Positions 1 through 12,630 of a stretch of 64,000 bases of DNA are shown here, piece by piece; the stretch's first letter is position 1; every line of letters starts with the position of its first letter. The position numbers were made by a program, and so were the translations under genes. The notes beneath the pieces are model-generated. The model had not been told where the DNA came from and searched no databases. It saw only the letters and a list, made by a program, of their open reading frames with translations. The DNA comes from Amphiscolops sp. MND2022 (taxonomy: Eukaryota): NCBI GenBank assembly GCA_964187785.1, contig OZ076416.1:10974001-11038000 (forward strand). Reading direction: 5' to 3'.

Positions 1-56
1 AAACAAAAACAAAAATCCCAAACACAGTCCCAAATAACACCCTGCAAGACAACCAA

Positions 57-215
57 TGTCGCTATTGCAAAGAAGAATGTCACATCGCAAAAGAGTGCCC
101 TAAACTTACAAAACGACAAAAATTGGACAATGATCCAGATGCACCACGATGCTCCCATTGTAAAACACCACAGATCACGAAGACCCCAATTGTTACTTTG
201 GAGCTAACATGGAAA
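57..215 (+). pseudogene. gag: gag zinc knuckles (two CCHC, second frameshifted)
   Basis: CRYCKEECHIAKEC at 57-98. A second knuckle, CSHCKTP/DHEDPNC, needs a 1-nt frameshift. Confidence 0.85.
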
Positions 216-829
216 TTTGCCCACCCAAGTGGACACTCACAGAAACCCAACAGAAACTCATTGATGAGTACAAAAAATCAAACAAACCCATCAACCCCCG
301 AAACTTGAAACCTTCAACATCGAAGGAATTAAACTAAAAAAGCCACGCCTTCAAACAACATCACCACAAAAACAACTCTGAAGAGATAACTGGCAGCATC
401 CGCCGATCCCAAAACCTATAAAAATCACAGTCTTCGATCAGAACTTGACCAACAAAAACGACTCACATACTACAAACACACAACCTACCACACCCGACTA
501 CCCCACTGAGGATCTAAATGAATTACTCATGGATGCCCCAGATAACTACATACTACACCAAACCTTCGAACCTGAAATTGAGCAAGAAACACAAAATCAA
601 CACCCCAACACTTCATACACTCAAGAAACACAAACCAAACACCCAAAAACACAATCCACATCAACAACTCAAACTGACGATGAAGCCATGTCAGGATTAA
701 CAAAAACTCTTTTTAACGCATCACCTGGAAAACAACTCCTCCTTGACAATGATGTTTTCAGTCATCTAACTACAGATGAAGTTAACAACATTTTTTTCTT
801 TAACCTCTCACCAAACCTAACCCTCAAGA

Positions 830-1203
830 AGAAACGTCATATGTATTATTTCCCCATGGATTTCGAGAAACTAACCCTGGATGGACTCATTGATACAGAC
901 GCCTTCACCAGTGCCATTTCTGAAGCAGATCTCAATAATATTAAACTACTATCAAATGAAGCAATCAAAGACACTGGTCCAGCACAAAACTTTCAAATCA
1001 TGGTGGCAAATAGCCAACTTGAACGTCCCATTGGAACTGTCCTATTTAAATTCGAAGTAGCAGACTTCCAATTTCAAGAAAATTTCATTATCATGAAAAC
1101 ACTACCCAATCCACTCATTGGATTGTGTTTCCTACAAAGACACAATGCTCTTTTTGACATTCGACAGGGGATAATTACATTTGTCAATGCGATTACGACC
1201 TGA
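830..1203 (+). pseudogene. pol: Retroviral-type aspartic protease, degenerate
   Basis: LDGLIDTDAFTSAIS (LIDTGA-like with G to D change) and a C-terminal LIGLCFLQ segment. Confidence 0.8.
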
Positions 1204-1828
1204 ACACACAACAAATACACGAGTGGCAACACCTTTGTTGACCGAAACTACCTACACCCTCCAAGCTGGAGAAATGCTTGCAATCTTCAGCAAAATGCCC
1301 CATTTGATAGACCACAATGCAACAGGAATTGTGACTCCGTCTTCACAAATGGAGGAACACGAAAGTATTTTCATTACCTACTCACTCAGTACGGTAAACA
1401 GCAATGCAGTTAGTTATCAAGTGATTAACTTCTCAGATATGCCTTACACTCTTCAACTGGTTACACAAATGGCAGACTTCCGAGTACTAACCCCAGAACA
1501 AATCAAACACATCAAACCAGTTGACCCAACAACTCCTACCTTCATGATGCACCATCACATGGAAAACACGGATCTATACCTCAACCAATTGATCAGAAAA
1601 AACCAATCATCATACGAACAAGAAGCGTACTGGTTCCCGACACCTGAACAACCCGGTGATCCGACCACATATAGGCCTATTCAACAACGAATTTCTGATG
1701 AACTCACATAACTTAAACAACTAAACCCAAGTGACAACGAAGAATCAAGAAAGAAATTCCTCGACCATTTCCACTGGACCGACACCACCCTCAGCCCATT
1801 CGAAAAACAACACATTGAAGACATCCTT

Positions 1829-2656
1829 GTGCAATATCACGATATCTTCGCCAGACATCGTTTTTATACTGGCACTAACAGAGAATTTAAGGTTAAATTG
1901 ACACCTAATGATGATAGACCAGCCTACAGCCAAAGTCTCCCTACGCCAATCAATCTCAAGGATGACATAACTGTTGAACTGGCCCTACTCCATCGTTATG
2001 GCATCATCACGACCTTACCTTTCTCTAAAAATGCAAGCCCCATTTTTGCTCAGCGAAAACCAAAAGGACTTTTCCGCCTTTTGGTGGACCTGCGCAAAAT
2101 TAACAATCTCATCACACAAGATTATGTTAACAACAACCACCCAGTCAGCACTTTGTCGGACGCAGCACAGCACATGGCCGGGAAGAAGCTCTTTTGCAAA
2201 CTCGACTGCTCCCAAGCATACAATAGTTTGCAGATGGCGGACTACCTGTCAATACAGATGCTGACATTCAATTTTGCAATCCGAACGTTTGCGTACCAAC
2301 GACTTGCCCAAGGCCTGAGCCGTTCTCTGTCTGCTTTCTCATTCTTTATGAGAAAATACCTGGACAGGGCTATAAAAGCTGACCAATGCGCCCAATACGT
2401 CGATGACATTGGCATTGCAGCAAATGATTCAACCGAACTGTGCAGCAACATTAAGACTGTCTTCGAATGCATTAAAGAAACAAGTCTCAAGCTTACGATG
2501 GCTAAATGCCATTTTGGAGTAACAAGTCGACTTCTTGGGATGATTAATCATCCCAGAAGGAGTCTCTCCGCAAAGCGAAGAAGTCAAACAATTCCTTCAG
2601 AAACTCAAGTTCCCGAAATCCAAAAAAGCCCTTCAAAGGTATATTGGGTTTCTTAA
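1829..2656 (+). pseudogene. pol: Reverse transcriptase, frameshifted near its end
   Basis: LLVDLRKIN, KLDCSQAY, LAQGL and YVDD motifs. Confidence 0.95.
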
Positions 2657-2843
2657 CTACTACAGAAACTACATTCCTCGGTTATCAGAAAAGCTTTCGC
2701 CTTTCTTCAAACTGCTCAAAGAAACTTCACAGTTCTGTATACCAAATACAGTCCTAGACACCTTCAACGAACTAAACCAACAACTGGGAAAATCATGCAG
2801 ACTTGCCCTCAAACAACCAATTAAAAACAAACAGCTGATTCTG

Positions 2844-3240
2844 ATGACTGATGTCAATTTTACAGCAGCCGGATACGCCATCATGATTGAGGATGATCCT
2901 AACCAGAAACTCCAATCCAGACAAAAAACCTATGCCCCAATTGCATTTGGGTCAAAAACGTTCAATCCAACTCAAATCAAAATGTCGATTTCCGCAAAAG
3001 AGTTTTTATTTGGCGTTTTCCGAATTTGGACACCTCGTGTAGGGAAGTGTTTTTCCGTTATCGTTTTCACAGGTAACCGTTCAGTAACACGCTTCTTCCA
3101 AAAGAAGATAATACCACCACCCCTCTGGAACGCCTGTGACGATGTACTACAGTACAATTTCGTCAAAGAGCACGTTGCAGGAGCCATGAACACAGCTGCT
3201 GATTTCCTTTCGAGAGCAGAAGTAAACCCGACTGAAAAAC
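2844..3240 (+). pseudogene. pol: RNase H, degenerate
   Basis: MTDVNFTAAGYAI... and HVAGAMNTAADFLSR motifs. Confidence 0.85.
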
Positions 3241-3739
3241 TCGAAATGAACATCCGAAATGATGTTACAACCAAAGCAATCGAAGTTAATATACAGTCCA
3301 CAGGAGTTACTGAAGAAGAACACCTCTACATACTTCCTCAAGACACCCCCACCGAACAGCAATTGTGGGAAGAAAAGGAAACACTACGGAGAATAGCAAA
3401 AGAAGAAACCGATAATGAACCAGAAAACGAAGTGTCCGAACTCCAAAAATTTCATAAAACCACAGCTGGAACATTTGACTATAGAGAGGGTCACTTCAAA
3501 GACAATGCAAAAAGACGTTTAGCACAAAACAACGATCCAGTTTTTTACGCAACCTTCGAGCAAAAATTGAAAGTGAAACATATGACGAAACTGCACTCAC
3601 ACAAGACTATAGATATTAACTCTACTTACAAAACATACCTCGTATCGAAATCCGACAAGACATCCTTACCAGAATATACTACAATGACACCGGTATGATC
3701 TCACATTACCAACTTCTCTTACCCCCAACAACTCTTAGA

Positions 3740-4808
3740 TGAAGTCTTACATGCTCTTCATGGGCATAATGCAAACCACCCGGGAATCGCAAAGATGATC
3801 CAAGAAGCACGACAAAAGTACTATTACCCATGCATTGCCAAATACATCCAAACTTGGGTCACGAAATGTCAAATGTGCATACACAACAAACGAATCAATA
3901 ATGACCTCCTCAGAACCAAATTACTCAATTGCCCTGAATGGGACTTAGGTCTTGAAGATATATTGCAAATGGATATTTTTCCGAACCTTCCCCAAAGTGG
4001 AGGTTATGACAATATCATCACAGCAATAGACATGTTTTCACGCTTTCCGTTCGCATATCCAGTCACAAGAATCACTGCCCCAACAGTAGCAAGTGTTATC
4101 ATGGACATTTTATGTAAGTACACATACCTACCCACAACAATTATCACAGATATGGGAACACAATTCAATTCTCAGGTTACAAAAGAAGTAGCCGCCGTTG
4201 TAAGTATAGAACTGAAACATGCCAAAACAAAACACGTCCAAACAATTGGACTGTTAGAATGCACCCATGCATCAGTCAAAGCACACCTTAAAGCCGCCAC
4301 TGGAGAATTTAGAAATAACTGGCACAAATTTTTACCATTGGCAGTCCTAAACCATAATACAACACACCATGCAACACTCGGATGCGAACCTGCACGGGTT
4401 TTCCATGGAAGAATTCCGCACAAAATACTAGATTTCAAACTTAGGTACAACCCAAATCCTCGCTTCCAACCCGAAACTGACGTAGCAGAAGAAGTCCAAA
4501 GACGAATTGCATTACTCCATGATCAAACGAAGAAAAACATAGTGCAATCTTACCTTAAATATGAAGCTTACTACGACAGAAAAGCAAAAGCAGCACCTCT
4601 TACATCGAGGGATTATTGCTTTATCTTAAATCCGAAAGCCGACACACAAGCGACCAAAATTCCCTCCAGAGAATTCCGTTTGGTTGGACCTTTTAAGGTC
4701 GAAAAAGTCTTACCGAACAATAACTATATCGTCCGTAGATTGGGCACAAAAAAACCCAACTACTTCATCGCATTCAATTACGAATATACATTCCTCAAGC
4801 GCCTTTAG
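3740..4808 (+). pseudogene. pol: Integrase (HHCC zinc finger, DDE core, GPF motif)
   Basis: LH...HPGIAKM...CQMC, QMDIF, ITDMGTQF, GLLECTH, VGPFKV. Confidence 0.92.
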
Positions 4809-5785
4809 CAAATAATTTCGTGAGAGAAACTGATTGGCAAAAAGAAGATACAGTCACTGCCCAAGATGATCTATTTGCACACACTTGGGACACTAATTTT
4901 GTATCGAGCCCCTTCGATTCAGAACACGAAACTAAAGATCAGCAAGAAGACATAGTGGAATATGAACCTACTCCTCAACCCGAAATATACCGCCCTCCCC
5001 CCCAAAAAACTCCGCAGAACATTGGGGAAATCCCAGCAGAACAACCTGCTGTGAATGTTGAAGAGCCCCAAATAATCGCAAAAGAATCTACAGAAAATGA
5101 AAATCATGAGCCCATACCAGAATTTTCAAGAAATCCAGAAATCTCACAAGAAACCCCAACACAAATTTCCCCAAAAACTCCCGAAACTAACCCGGAAATT
5201 GATGCACAAAAAAACACGAAAAACAGTTAACACGAGAGGTGAAAAGTACAATTTACGCCTAAACCTAAAACCTAACTACTCAGACTCATACAGATATTTA
5301 AAAAACAATTTACGAGACTCGAATTCACTTTAACTAGATAACAGTCTCACTCGTTCTTCACTTTCTCTCTCTTTGTTTACCTCCAACTGAAGATGAAGGC
5401 CTAATTCTCTTTATGAGAAGGACAAACAACTACAAACCAGACGTAATCAGCCTGATTTGGCAACAACAACAAAAGCAAACAAATAAAAACAATGGTACAC
5501 GTTATAAATTGATAAATCACAATGAAAAGTATTGAGAAATGTTAGCAAGTTCTTTTATCACCTTCTTTCTTAGCCTTCTTGCCCTTAATTACAAGCTTCT
5601 TAGCCCCGCTGGAGCTACTGTCAGAAAGAAAGGGGACATCTGCGACTACCCGGGGAACAGAAAGCGTCGGAGTCGAAAGTTTAGGACTAGAACTTTTGGG
5701 TTTACTACTCGATTCAGCTCCTCGAGCCCTGCCAGGGAAAGGAGTAGGTTGCACAAATTTACCACTTGAAAGGACAGGCCCAGGA

Positions 5786-6826
5786 TCAGATGTTTGGGGC
5801 TAACCACAACGGAAGTCCATAAAGTTTCTTCATCAGAGATGGTACATGTATAACGCGACTCCAGTTTGTTATGCAGTGGGCGCCGTCGAGAAGAACAGGA
5901 GGCAGTGAAATCCCAAACTGAAAACGTCGCATCAGATAGTAAAGCATTGCCTCTACCAAGCAACGAGAAAACAGGTGATGTTGTGCGCGGATTTGAAAAG
6001 AGCCCGACACATTAGGAATCCCAGATAAAGAGGACTGGATACTACGGACAGACGATCTAAATTCATCGGCATCAGAAGCTACTCGAGGAAGTGTCACGGT
6101 GAAATGAGGCGGGAGTGAGGAATGATTGGCAAAGCTAAGACAATATAACTTGAAAGCAAAGAACAGGTTCTCACGGCAGTGCATTTCGTAGTAACCAGAC
6201 AAGGAATCCACCCATTCGCCGTAATGTTCAACAACATTGGATCTAAACTGAGCGACAAAGGAACGATATTCGCTGTAAATTAAAAGTTTTGCTTTACTGT
6301 TGATCCATTTACTTTCTACAAAGAAATCACAAAGCATCTCACATTCACGAGAGTAGTCTTCCTCCTCGCCATGTCGCACGATAGCTTCATCGAAGACGGA
6401 AAATCCTCGAACCAATTCGGATTTACAGACTTTTTGGCTCAATAGCAACGCACAAATGTTTCTACAGAAACACGATACTTGCTCCACAAAAAGGGTCGGC
6501 GTCGGAATGTCACTCTCAGCTACCAGATTAGCAAAATCTCTATTACGGAGGAAATCTGCAGCAGTCTTTAAGGGAAGGCTAGTTGATGAGAGATCAATTG
6601 ACAGGAAATGATCCCAACCAGACACTTCTCCGAGAAACGAATCCGGAAGGATAACTTGCAACTGCGAGTAAGTAATGGTTGCGAAAGCGCTGTAAACGCG
6701 GAAGATGTCTGATGACGGCCCATGGACGTCTTTGAAGGCAGAATTATCTAAACAAAGACAAATTGAAAATGGGGTAAAAAACCCTATGACAATGGCAAAA
6801 AGGAAATTTACAATGCAAAAGATCAT
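5786..6826 (-). pseudogene. Antisense ORF, probable C-terminal part of the same hAT-like protein
   Basis: 346-aa ORF with globular composition (e.g. ELVRGFSVFDE, LFFAFKLYCL). Same strand as 8388-9719, with coding-like fragments in between. Family assignment by eye only. Confidence 0.45.
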
Positions 6827-7363
6827 TCCGAATCAGGAACAACTTCGCAGGATACGTCTTGTCCTTGTAGATAGTCTCATCAAGGTTTTTGGGCTGGAAA
6901 GAAACAAATAGATATGAAAGGTGAAGCGAATAAAAGAAGGAGAAAAGATAAATGAAACACTTCTTTCATGTGGTAGCGGAAGGCTTTGATCGTGTCTGCG
7001 AGCCGGAGGTGCAAAATAACGTGGGACCAGTTCCTGGATAGCTGACCAAGGATAGTAGGGATATCTTCGTGACGAAATTCAAAATTGTGAATGGCCTCAA
7101 ACAAACCACATAATGATTGTTACTAGATTCGCACTGACGGTAACTGAGAATTACGAAGCACTATGCCGAATTCTGAATACAGCGTATTCTGGAATACTGC
7201 ATACAGTATAGTATATGAAGATTATGCGGTAACCAGAACGAAATTGCATGACAATGAAAAGTCTTATGCAGAAAAGTGCAGAAAACAACATAAAACTATT
7301 GCACAACGTGCAGAGCAGTATAATGCAAAGTGGAATGAAGTTATGCTGTTCTGAAGAATAAAC

Positions 7364-7757
7364 TGCATATTGGAATGATTTTTTGCAGTTTTCAGAAGAA
7401 AACAGCATACCAAACGTGATTCTGCTGTTTTAAAGAAGAAACAACATATTGGAATTATTGGTATAATTTTATGCAGTTTTCACAAGAAAACAGCATACCA
7501 AACGTGATTATGCTGTTTTGAAGAAAAAACAGCATATTGGAATGATTTTATGCAGTTTTTAGAAGGAAACAGCATACCAAATGAAATTATGCTGTTTTGA
7601 AGAAAAAGCAGCACACTGGAAAGATTTTATACAGTTTTCAGAAGAAAACAGCGTACTGCACGAGGTTATGTTAGTTTGAAGAAGAAAAAGCACACCGGAA
7701 TGATTTTATGCAGTTGTTAGGAGAAAACACCACATTGAACGAAATTATGCTGTTTTG
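7364..7757. repeat. Array of ~10 hairpin units (~39-40 bp), alternating A/B types
   Basis: Each unit is AAAACAGCATA-(11-12 nt)-TATGC[T/A]GTTTT; 7487-7519 has a perfect 11-bp stem. Decayed units extend left to ~7150. Confidence 0.9.
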
Positions 7758-8387
7758 ACAATAAACAGTAAAGTGAAATTTTTGTATATTACCTTTCCTA
7801 ACTCAGGAAGGTTGCCCAACCAAGCTGAATCCAGTGCGGTGCGCAACTTCATGAGAAAGAAATGCAAAACGCTATGAAGATCATATCTGTCAAGAATCTT
7901 GATAGCCGGTCCTGCTAGAACTTTGTACAAGTCCTAATAGCTGAATGTCGGTACGGCACAAGGTGGTGGAACTTGGTGTAAATCAATTTGTAAGGTTTTG
8001 ACAGTCCGTGCATCGAAACCGAGCAAAGAATAGATGGTAATGGGGGTATTCGTTATAGCCAAGAAACAACCAGCACCTTCAAGGACCTTTTTAGCTTCCA
8101 TCAGACCAGGAATAATCTCCGCAAGTAGAAGGTGGCTGAGGACGTTCCCAGACCGAAACGACACAGACAATTTGGTACACTTGGGCGTAGTTTGAATTTG
8201 CAAAGAACAGGTTCCAGATCGATTGATGGCTTGGGCAGTGAATCACAGCAATTCTCGGAACATATAGACCAGCACTCCCTAAGAAAAGGAAAGAATGAGT
8301 TTAGATAACAAATGGCTGACAAAGACACGTTCAGGACACCGATTGAACTGGGGAACTTTTGAAGGCTCACGAATCTCTAATCCGAGA

Positions 8388-9719
8388 CTACTCCAAAGCA
8401 AACGCACGACATCTAGTCCTCCGCCATGTTGTAATCCAGTCATTAAAATGCGGATCTGCGGGCAAATGACTGCGGAGAATATCGACATCAAGAATATCAA
8501 CTGAGGGGAGTTCGTACTGCCCTGGTAGCAGATAACACTCTCCTAAAGTAGGAGCAATTGGGTAAGTCATTTCGGCCTTCTCTCGCGCTTCATCCAAAGA
8601 TGGACCGACTAGCTCTTGCTCATTTTTCCCGTACAAAGGAAGTCCGGGGGTTTCCATACGGAGCCGGTGTTCTCGGACTAAATGAGCTTCAGTCCGATAG
8701 TGAGATAGGATCTCCAGTGCGCCTTTCGTTTTTAACGACATTTCGATGCTGCATACTCTGCATCTCCACTTGTGGGGATTAGCTTCAGCGTCAATGGGCG
8801 CTGTGACAAAGAATTTGAAAACAAGATGTTTTCTGAACATGTGGACATTTAACTGTAATCGGGGCTTGGGGCGCCCAATTGTTCCAGTTTGTCCTTGAAA
8901 GTTGGTCTCTTTAACAGTCTCCATCCCGGTTGGTGCTGAAAGTCTTTCGCGACGTTGGATACGTCGGGTAGAAGGGTTGAGCTTCGTTTTCGCTACTGCA
9001 ACTCGCGATGAAGACGGTGATTCCGGAACCCTGTCATCAGGCAATCTGCTGGATGATGACTGTTGCTGTAATACCGGCCCCGTGGGAATGTGCCCTTGCA
9101 GTTGAGTACTGAGAGATGCAGTTGCTTCAGAGACTAAAACTTGAAAGCGTCGCTCTAGGGCCTCCAAATCAGAACTAGTCACGAAATTCATCGTAGGACC
9201 TGTGGCGGTCGCCGTGCGGGTAATTGACCTATCAACCTCTAGCTTTGTAGGGGTAGTACCAGCAGGGGTTTGCGCTATGTTCAAGAATGCTGTGAATGGG
9301 AAATGAAACTGTTGCTCTCCTCCGGGAGGGTTATAGATTGGCGACTCTGGAGTCGGAGCTATCTCAGTGGTCTCATTCCTGGGAGTCAAATGTTGGGCTT
9401 CGTCGCTATTCGAAGCATCTCCAGTGACGTCGACCATATCGCTATCCTGAGGCACCCGAAAGGCGGACAACCCAAAAGGAGGAAAAGTAGTTCGAGCGAA
9501 TGAAGCGGCACTCCTGTCGAAAGAATGTGCAATTCCGTCTGGGTCTCCTTGCCTGGAAGACTCTTGATTAGTTTGAGATTGCTCGGGAGTTGATTGGTGA
9601 GGAGGATTTGAGAACGCTTCAAGAGGAGCCAAATCTCTTGTTGGAGCACTTTGTTCAGCGGAAACGTGAAGCTCCAAGGAGACTGAAACACGAAATGAAA
9701 TGAAAATACAGGAAACCAA
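8388..9719 (-). pseudogene. Antisense ORF: disordered N-terminus plus C2H2/BED-like zinc finger; probable 5' part of a hAT-transposase-like gene
   Basis: 443-aa ORF containing KWRCRVCSIEMSLKTKGALEILSHYRTEAH (CxxC...H...H). Confidence 0.6.
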
Positions 9720-11256
9720 ACTCGACCAGAAACGGAATTTGTCTGATCAAAATTAGTGAGGACCGGATCAATCCTCACTTTAAACTAAGAGTACTCGAAA
9801 AAATCTGTTCACCACTCAAAACAGGAAATCTGAAAAAGGACCTAGTGTAGGTGGAGAAAAACAAAATTTGTGTTGTATTCTAGTCAGATAATCTACAAAA
9901 GACCCGAGTTCAAAACAACTTGGAAACTAGTGCAAAATATTTTTGTCAGTTATGTCAGAAATATTTGGAAATACAAACCTCGTGTTGGAGTTTCTTTCTC
10001 TCCGTTTTCTCTGGACATCGTTCCCTCCAAATGAATGAACGAATAAAAAGAGGCTCGCTCTGGATGCAATTAGACGAATGTCAAATACCTGCTGAGCTGA
10101 AGAAAAACTGCTATTTCGTCGGAATTTAACTAACAAACGAAGTAAACTGATAAAACTGAGTATATCCGGGAAAAAGTTGAAAATCTACTAACAAGAAGGA
10201 TAGACTGGCAAAGGAAGTGGAAACAAGAAGAACGATGAGTACTGTAATAACTATCACTCGAGACTGAAAACTTGAAAGCAAAAGCAAGAAACGATGAAGG
10301 CGTGGCGTATAAGATGAAGGCAATAAAACAAATAATCAACGTCAAAAGTATGACGTTCGCGGTTAAGCTCATTTCTGATTTGTCGAAAATGTGCTGAGCT
10401 TGGCCATATCTGCCAGTATGACTAAGCTGTGTGAGCGCATTTTAAATACGTGGAAATCAAACGAGACGTACAGCGTAAAGATTTCGTTATGCGGAACTGT
10501 CCGAGAAACAGCATAATCTACTTAAGCAGGAACTGGATGTGAACGATAGATAATCCACCTGGTCATGCTGTAAACTCAAAATAACAGCATAATGTTATTA
10601 TGCGGAAATGAATACAAAACAGTATAATGTATAAATATTGCTAGCGATGAGAATTGTGATGAGGTATGATGTTTTCTGTGAACAGCATGTGATGTAAATC
10701 ACTACTATTACTGCACTTCCAAAAATATTATACATTGGTTAATAAGTGAATGTGGATTCACACTTTGAAAGAAGTGACTCATAAAATAACGTGTGAAAAC
10801 TTTGTCATGATAAACCTGAATGAACTATTGGTGTAATTTATTTTGATTGTGAGTATTTAAAATTAGTCACCCTAAAATGGAAAGATAATAAACGAAACTC
10901 GAAAGAAGGTGGAAAGGGGATTCCCAAAACTGATGATTGTTTAATTGCAATTGAGAATTTCAGTGATGCTATTACCTGAATAAACCCTGACAAATTACCC
11001 GAGGAAACCGGGAAGAGGGATTTTTGAAACATGTTTTGAAGTAATTCATGTGAAACTCATAATCTTACAAAAATCTAGAAGATCCCACCATTCTGGTCTT
11101 AACCTTTGCGATATCAGTCGACTTGAAGTATTATAATTCTTCAATCCCGTTTAATTTTCAAACCCAGAATTTGTAAACTAGTTTAAACACCTGTGAAACA
11201 TACAGAAGTGAAATGTATGCAACCCGGTAATAAGGACTAACAGTACCGGAGTACGA

Positions 11257-12039
11257 ATGCAATCAAACACAGCCCTAGAACTGATAAACATATCTAGCAG
11301 TTCAGAAGAGGGATTCGTGGTGGAACCTTTGACTCTACCTGAAATGGAGGATAGGTTCAGGGTTGCCTCTTCATCCATTACGAGCATGCCTGTTGCCTTT
11401 TTGGGATCTACGGAAGCTTCTTTGTTCATAACCAACTTAGTGGAAACAGGATCACGAGGATGTATAGATACAAGGGGGACAACTATCGAATCTGAATTGG
11501 TGGACTTGTTGAGCGATATACCCAATAATTTGCCCATAACTTTCATCGACAGATCAGAAGAAGAGATGGACCCCTTCCAAGAAGCTAACTTTGCAAATGT
11601 GCAAAGAAATGCATACGGACGTCCCACACAAAGAGTGTCACCTGTCCCAAGACCCCAGATCACAAACACAGAACAACAACCAGAAGTAACACGTAACATC
11701 AATCCTCCAGCAATACCTAGTCAGGTGAGGGCATTCACAGCATACGTAGCCCCGGAACAAAGAACCGCTGACTTTAATGCACGACCAGTTCAACAGGCAG
11801 ACTACCTGCCGATGCCTGTACCCTTCTATCCCAATGGGTGGAACAATCAGGGATTTAGGCCGGTTAATAACAACGCACACCCAATGCCAGTAAACAAAAC
11901 TTCTGCCCATAACGGACCAATACTCCAGATGAACCCACCTGTTATGCCTGAAGTCGCTGGATACTGTTCCAGTTGCATGAAGACATATGATCATAATACA
12001 GTTGAAACCCTGACGAGTTACATTGCCTGGTCAGAATAA
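11257..12039 (+). CDS. Unknown 260-aa ORF ('ORF X') inside the LTR-like block; reading frame continues past one stop to ~12177
   Basis: Homologous to 46200-47120 (NISSxSEE, IESxLxDL, FID, NxYGRP, PxVAxYCxxCxK). Confidence 0.6.
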   Translation: MQSNTALELINISSSSEEGFVVEPLTLPEMEDRFRVASSSITSMPVAFLGSTEASLFITNLVETGSRGCIDTRGTTIESELVDLLSDIPNNLPITFIDRSEEEMDPFQEANFANVQRNAYGRPTQRVSPVPRPQITNTEQQPEVTRNINPPAIPSQVRAFTAYVAPEQRTADFNARPVQQADYLPMPVPFYPNGWNNQGFRPVNNNAHPMPVNKTSAHNGPILQMNPPVMPEVAGYCSSCMKTYDHNTVETLTSYIAWSE

Positions 12040-12522
12040 CCTGAGGAAACTATTCGGGATCGGAATGTAAGGTCGAGAGCTTTTGTGGACGGATTTGGAG
12101 CAGCGTTGATTTGTTTCAAAAATGCTGGACTCTCGCCCGGCTACCCTTGCGAGATGTCCGGAGTGCAGCACCGGTAAGCAGATCAACACTGTAACATGCT
12201 TCACAATGCCCGAAGATCCGACGCCAGCTTCATAGATTTTGGAAAACTTTCAAACTGACCCATAAACTGGGAAACTTGTTCCCAAATAATTGTCCTCTTT
12301 GCTATTTTTTATGTTTGTTTAAGTTAATCTGTTTATTGATGTTGATTCATATGGATTTAACGCCCTGATTAATTTATTTTGGACATCGGCTCGACCGTTG
12401 AAAAAATAAAAAAGAAAAAGTCAAAAAGCTCAATAAACTAGTCATTAGTGACGATATTACTAATTTGACCAGAAACAACCCCCTATTTTTGCCCTTATGC
12501 AGAAGTCACTGATTTAACTCAG

Positions 12523-12630
12523 AAACAGCATATGCGAAAGTTACCCAGAAACAGCATGATGATTTAGCTCAAAAACAGCATATGAAGGAAATTCAGGAAA
12601 ACAGCATGATGTTCACACTCGAAAACAGTA
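12523..12630 (+). repeat. Direct repeats of AAACAGCA with alternating 26/24-bp spacing
   Basis: Copies start at 12523, 12549, 12573, 12599 and 12623 (last is AAACAGTA). Confidence 0.85.

Larger units (their letters stand above)
1..4808 (+). mobile_element. Decayed Ty3/Gypsy LTR retrotransposon gag-pol; 5' end lies off the window
   Basis: Domain order gag CCHC - protease - RT - RNase H - integrase, split over several frameshifted or stop-interrupted ORFs (445-1203, 1181-1711, 1829-2656, 2844-3698, 3795-4808). Confidence 0.95.

Noticed and set aside
7364-7757. CRISPR array interpretation of the hairpin repeats
   Set aside because: The loops are only 11-12 nt and recur in two classes rather than being unique spacers; no cas genes; eukaryotic context.
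7144-7792. Hairpin array as a spliceosomal intron of the antisense ORF (GTAATA...TTCTCAG on minus)
   Set aside because: The join reads GK|LPSVRI* and hits a stop after six codons, so it does not restore the ORF.
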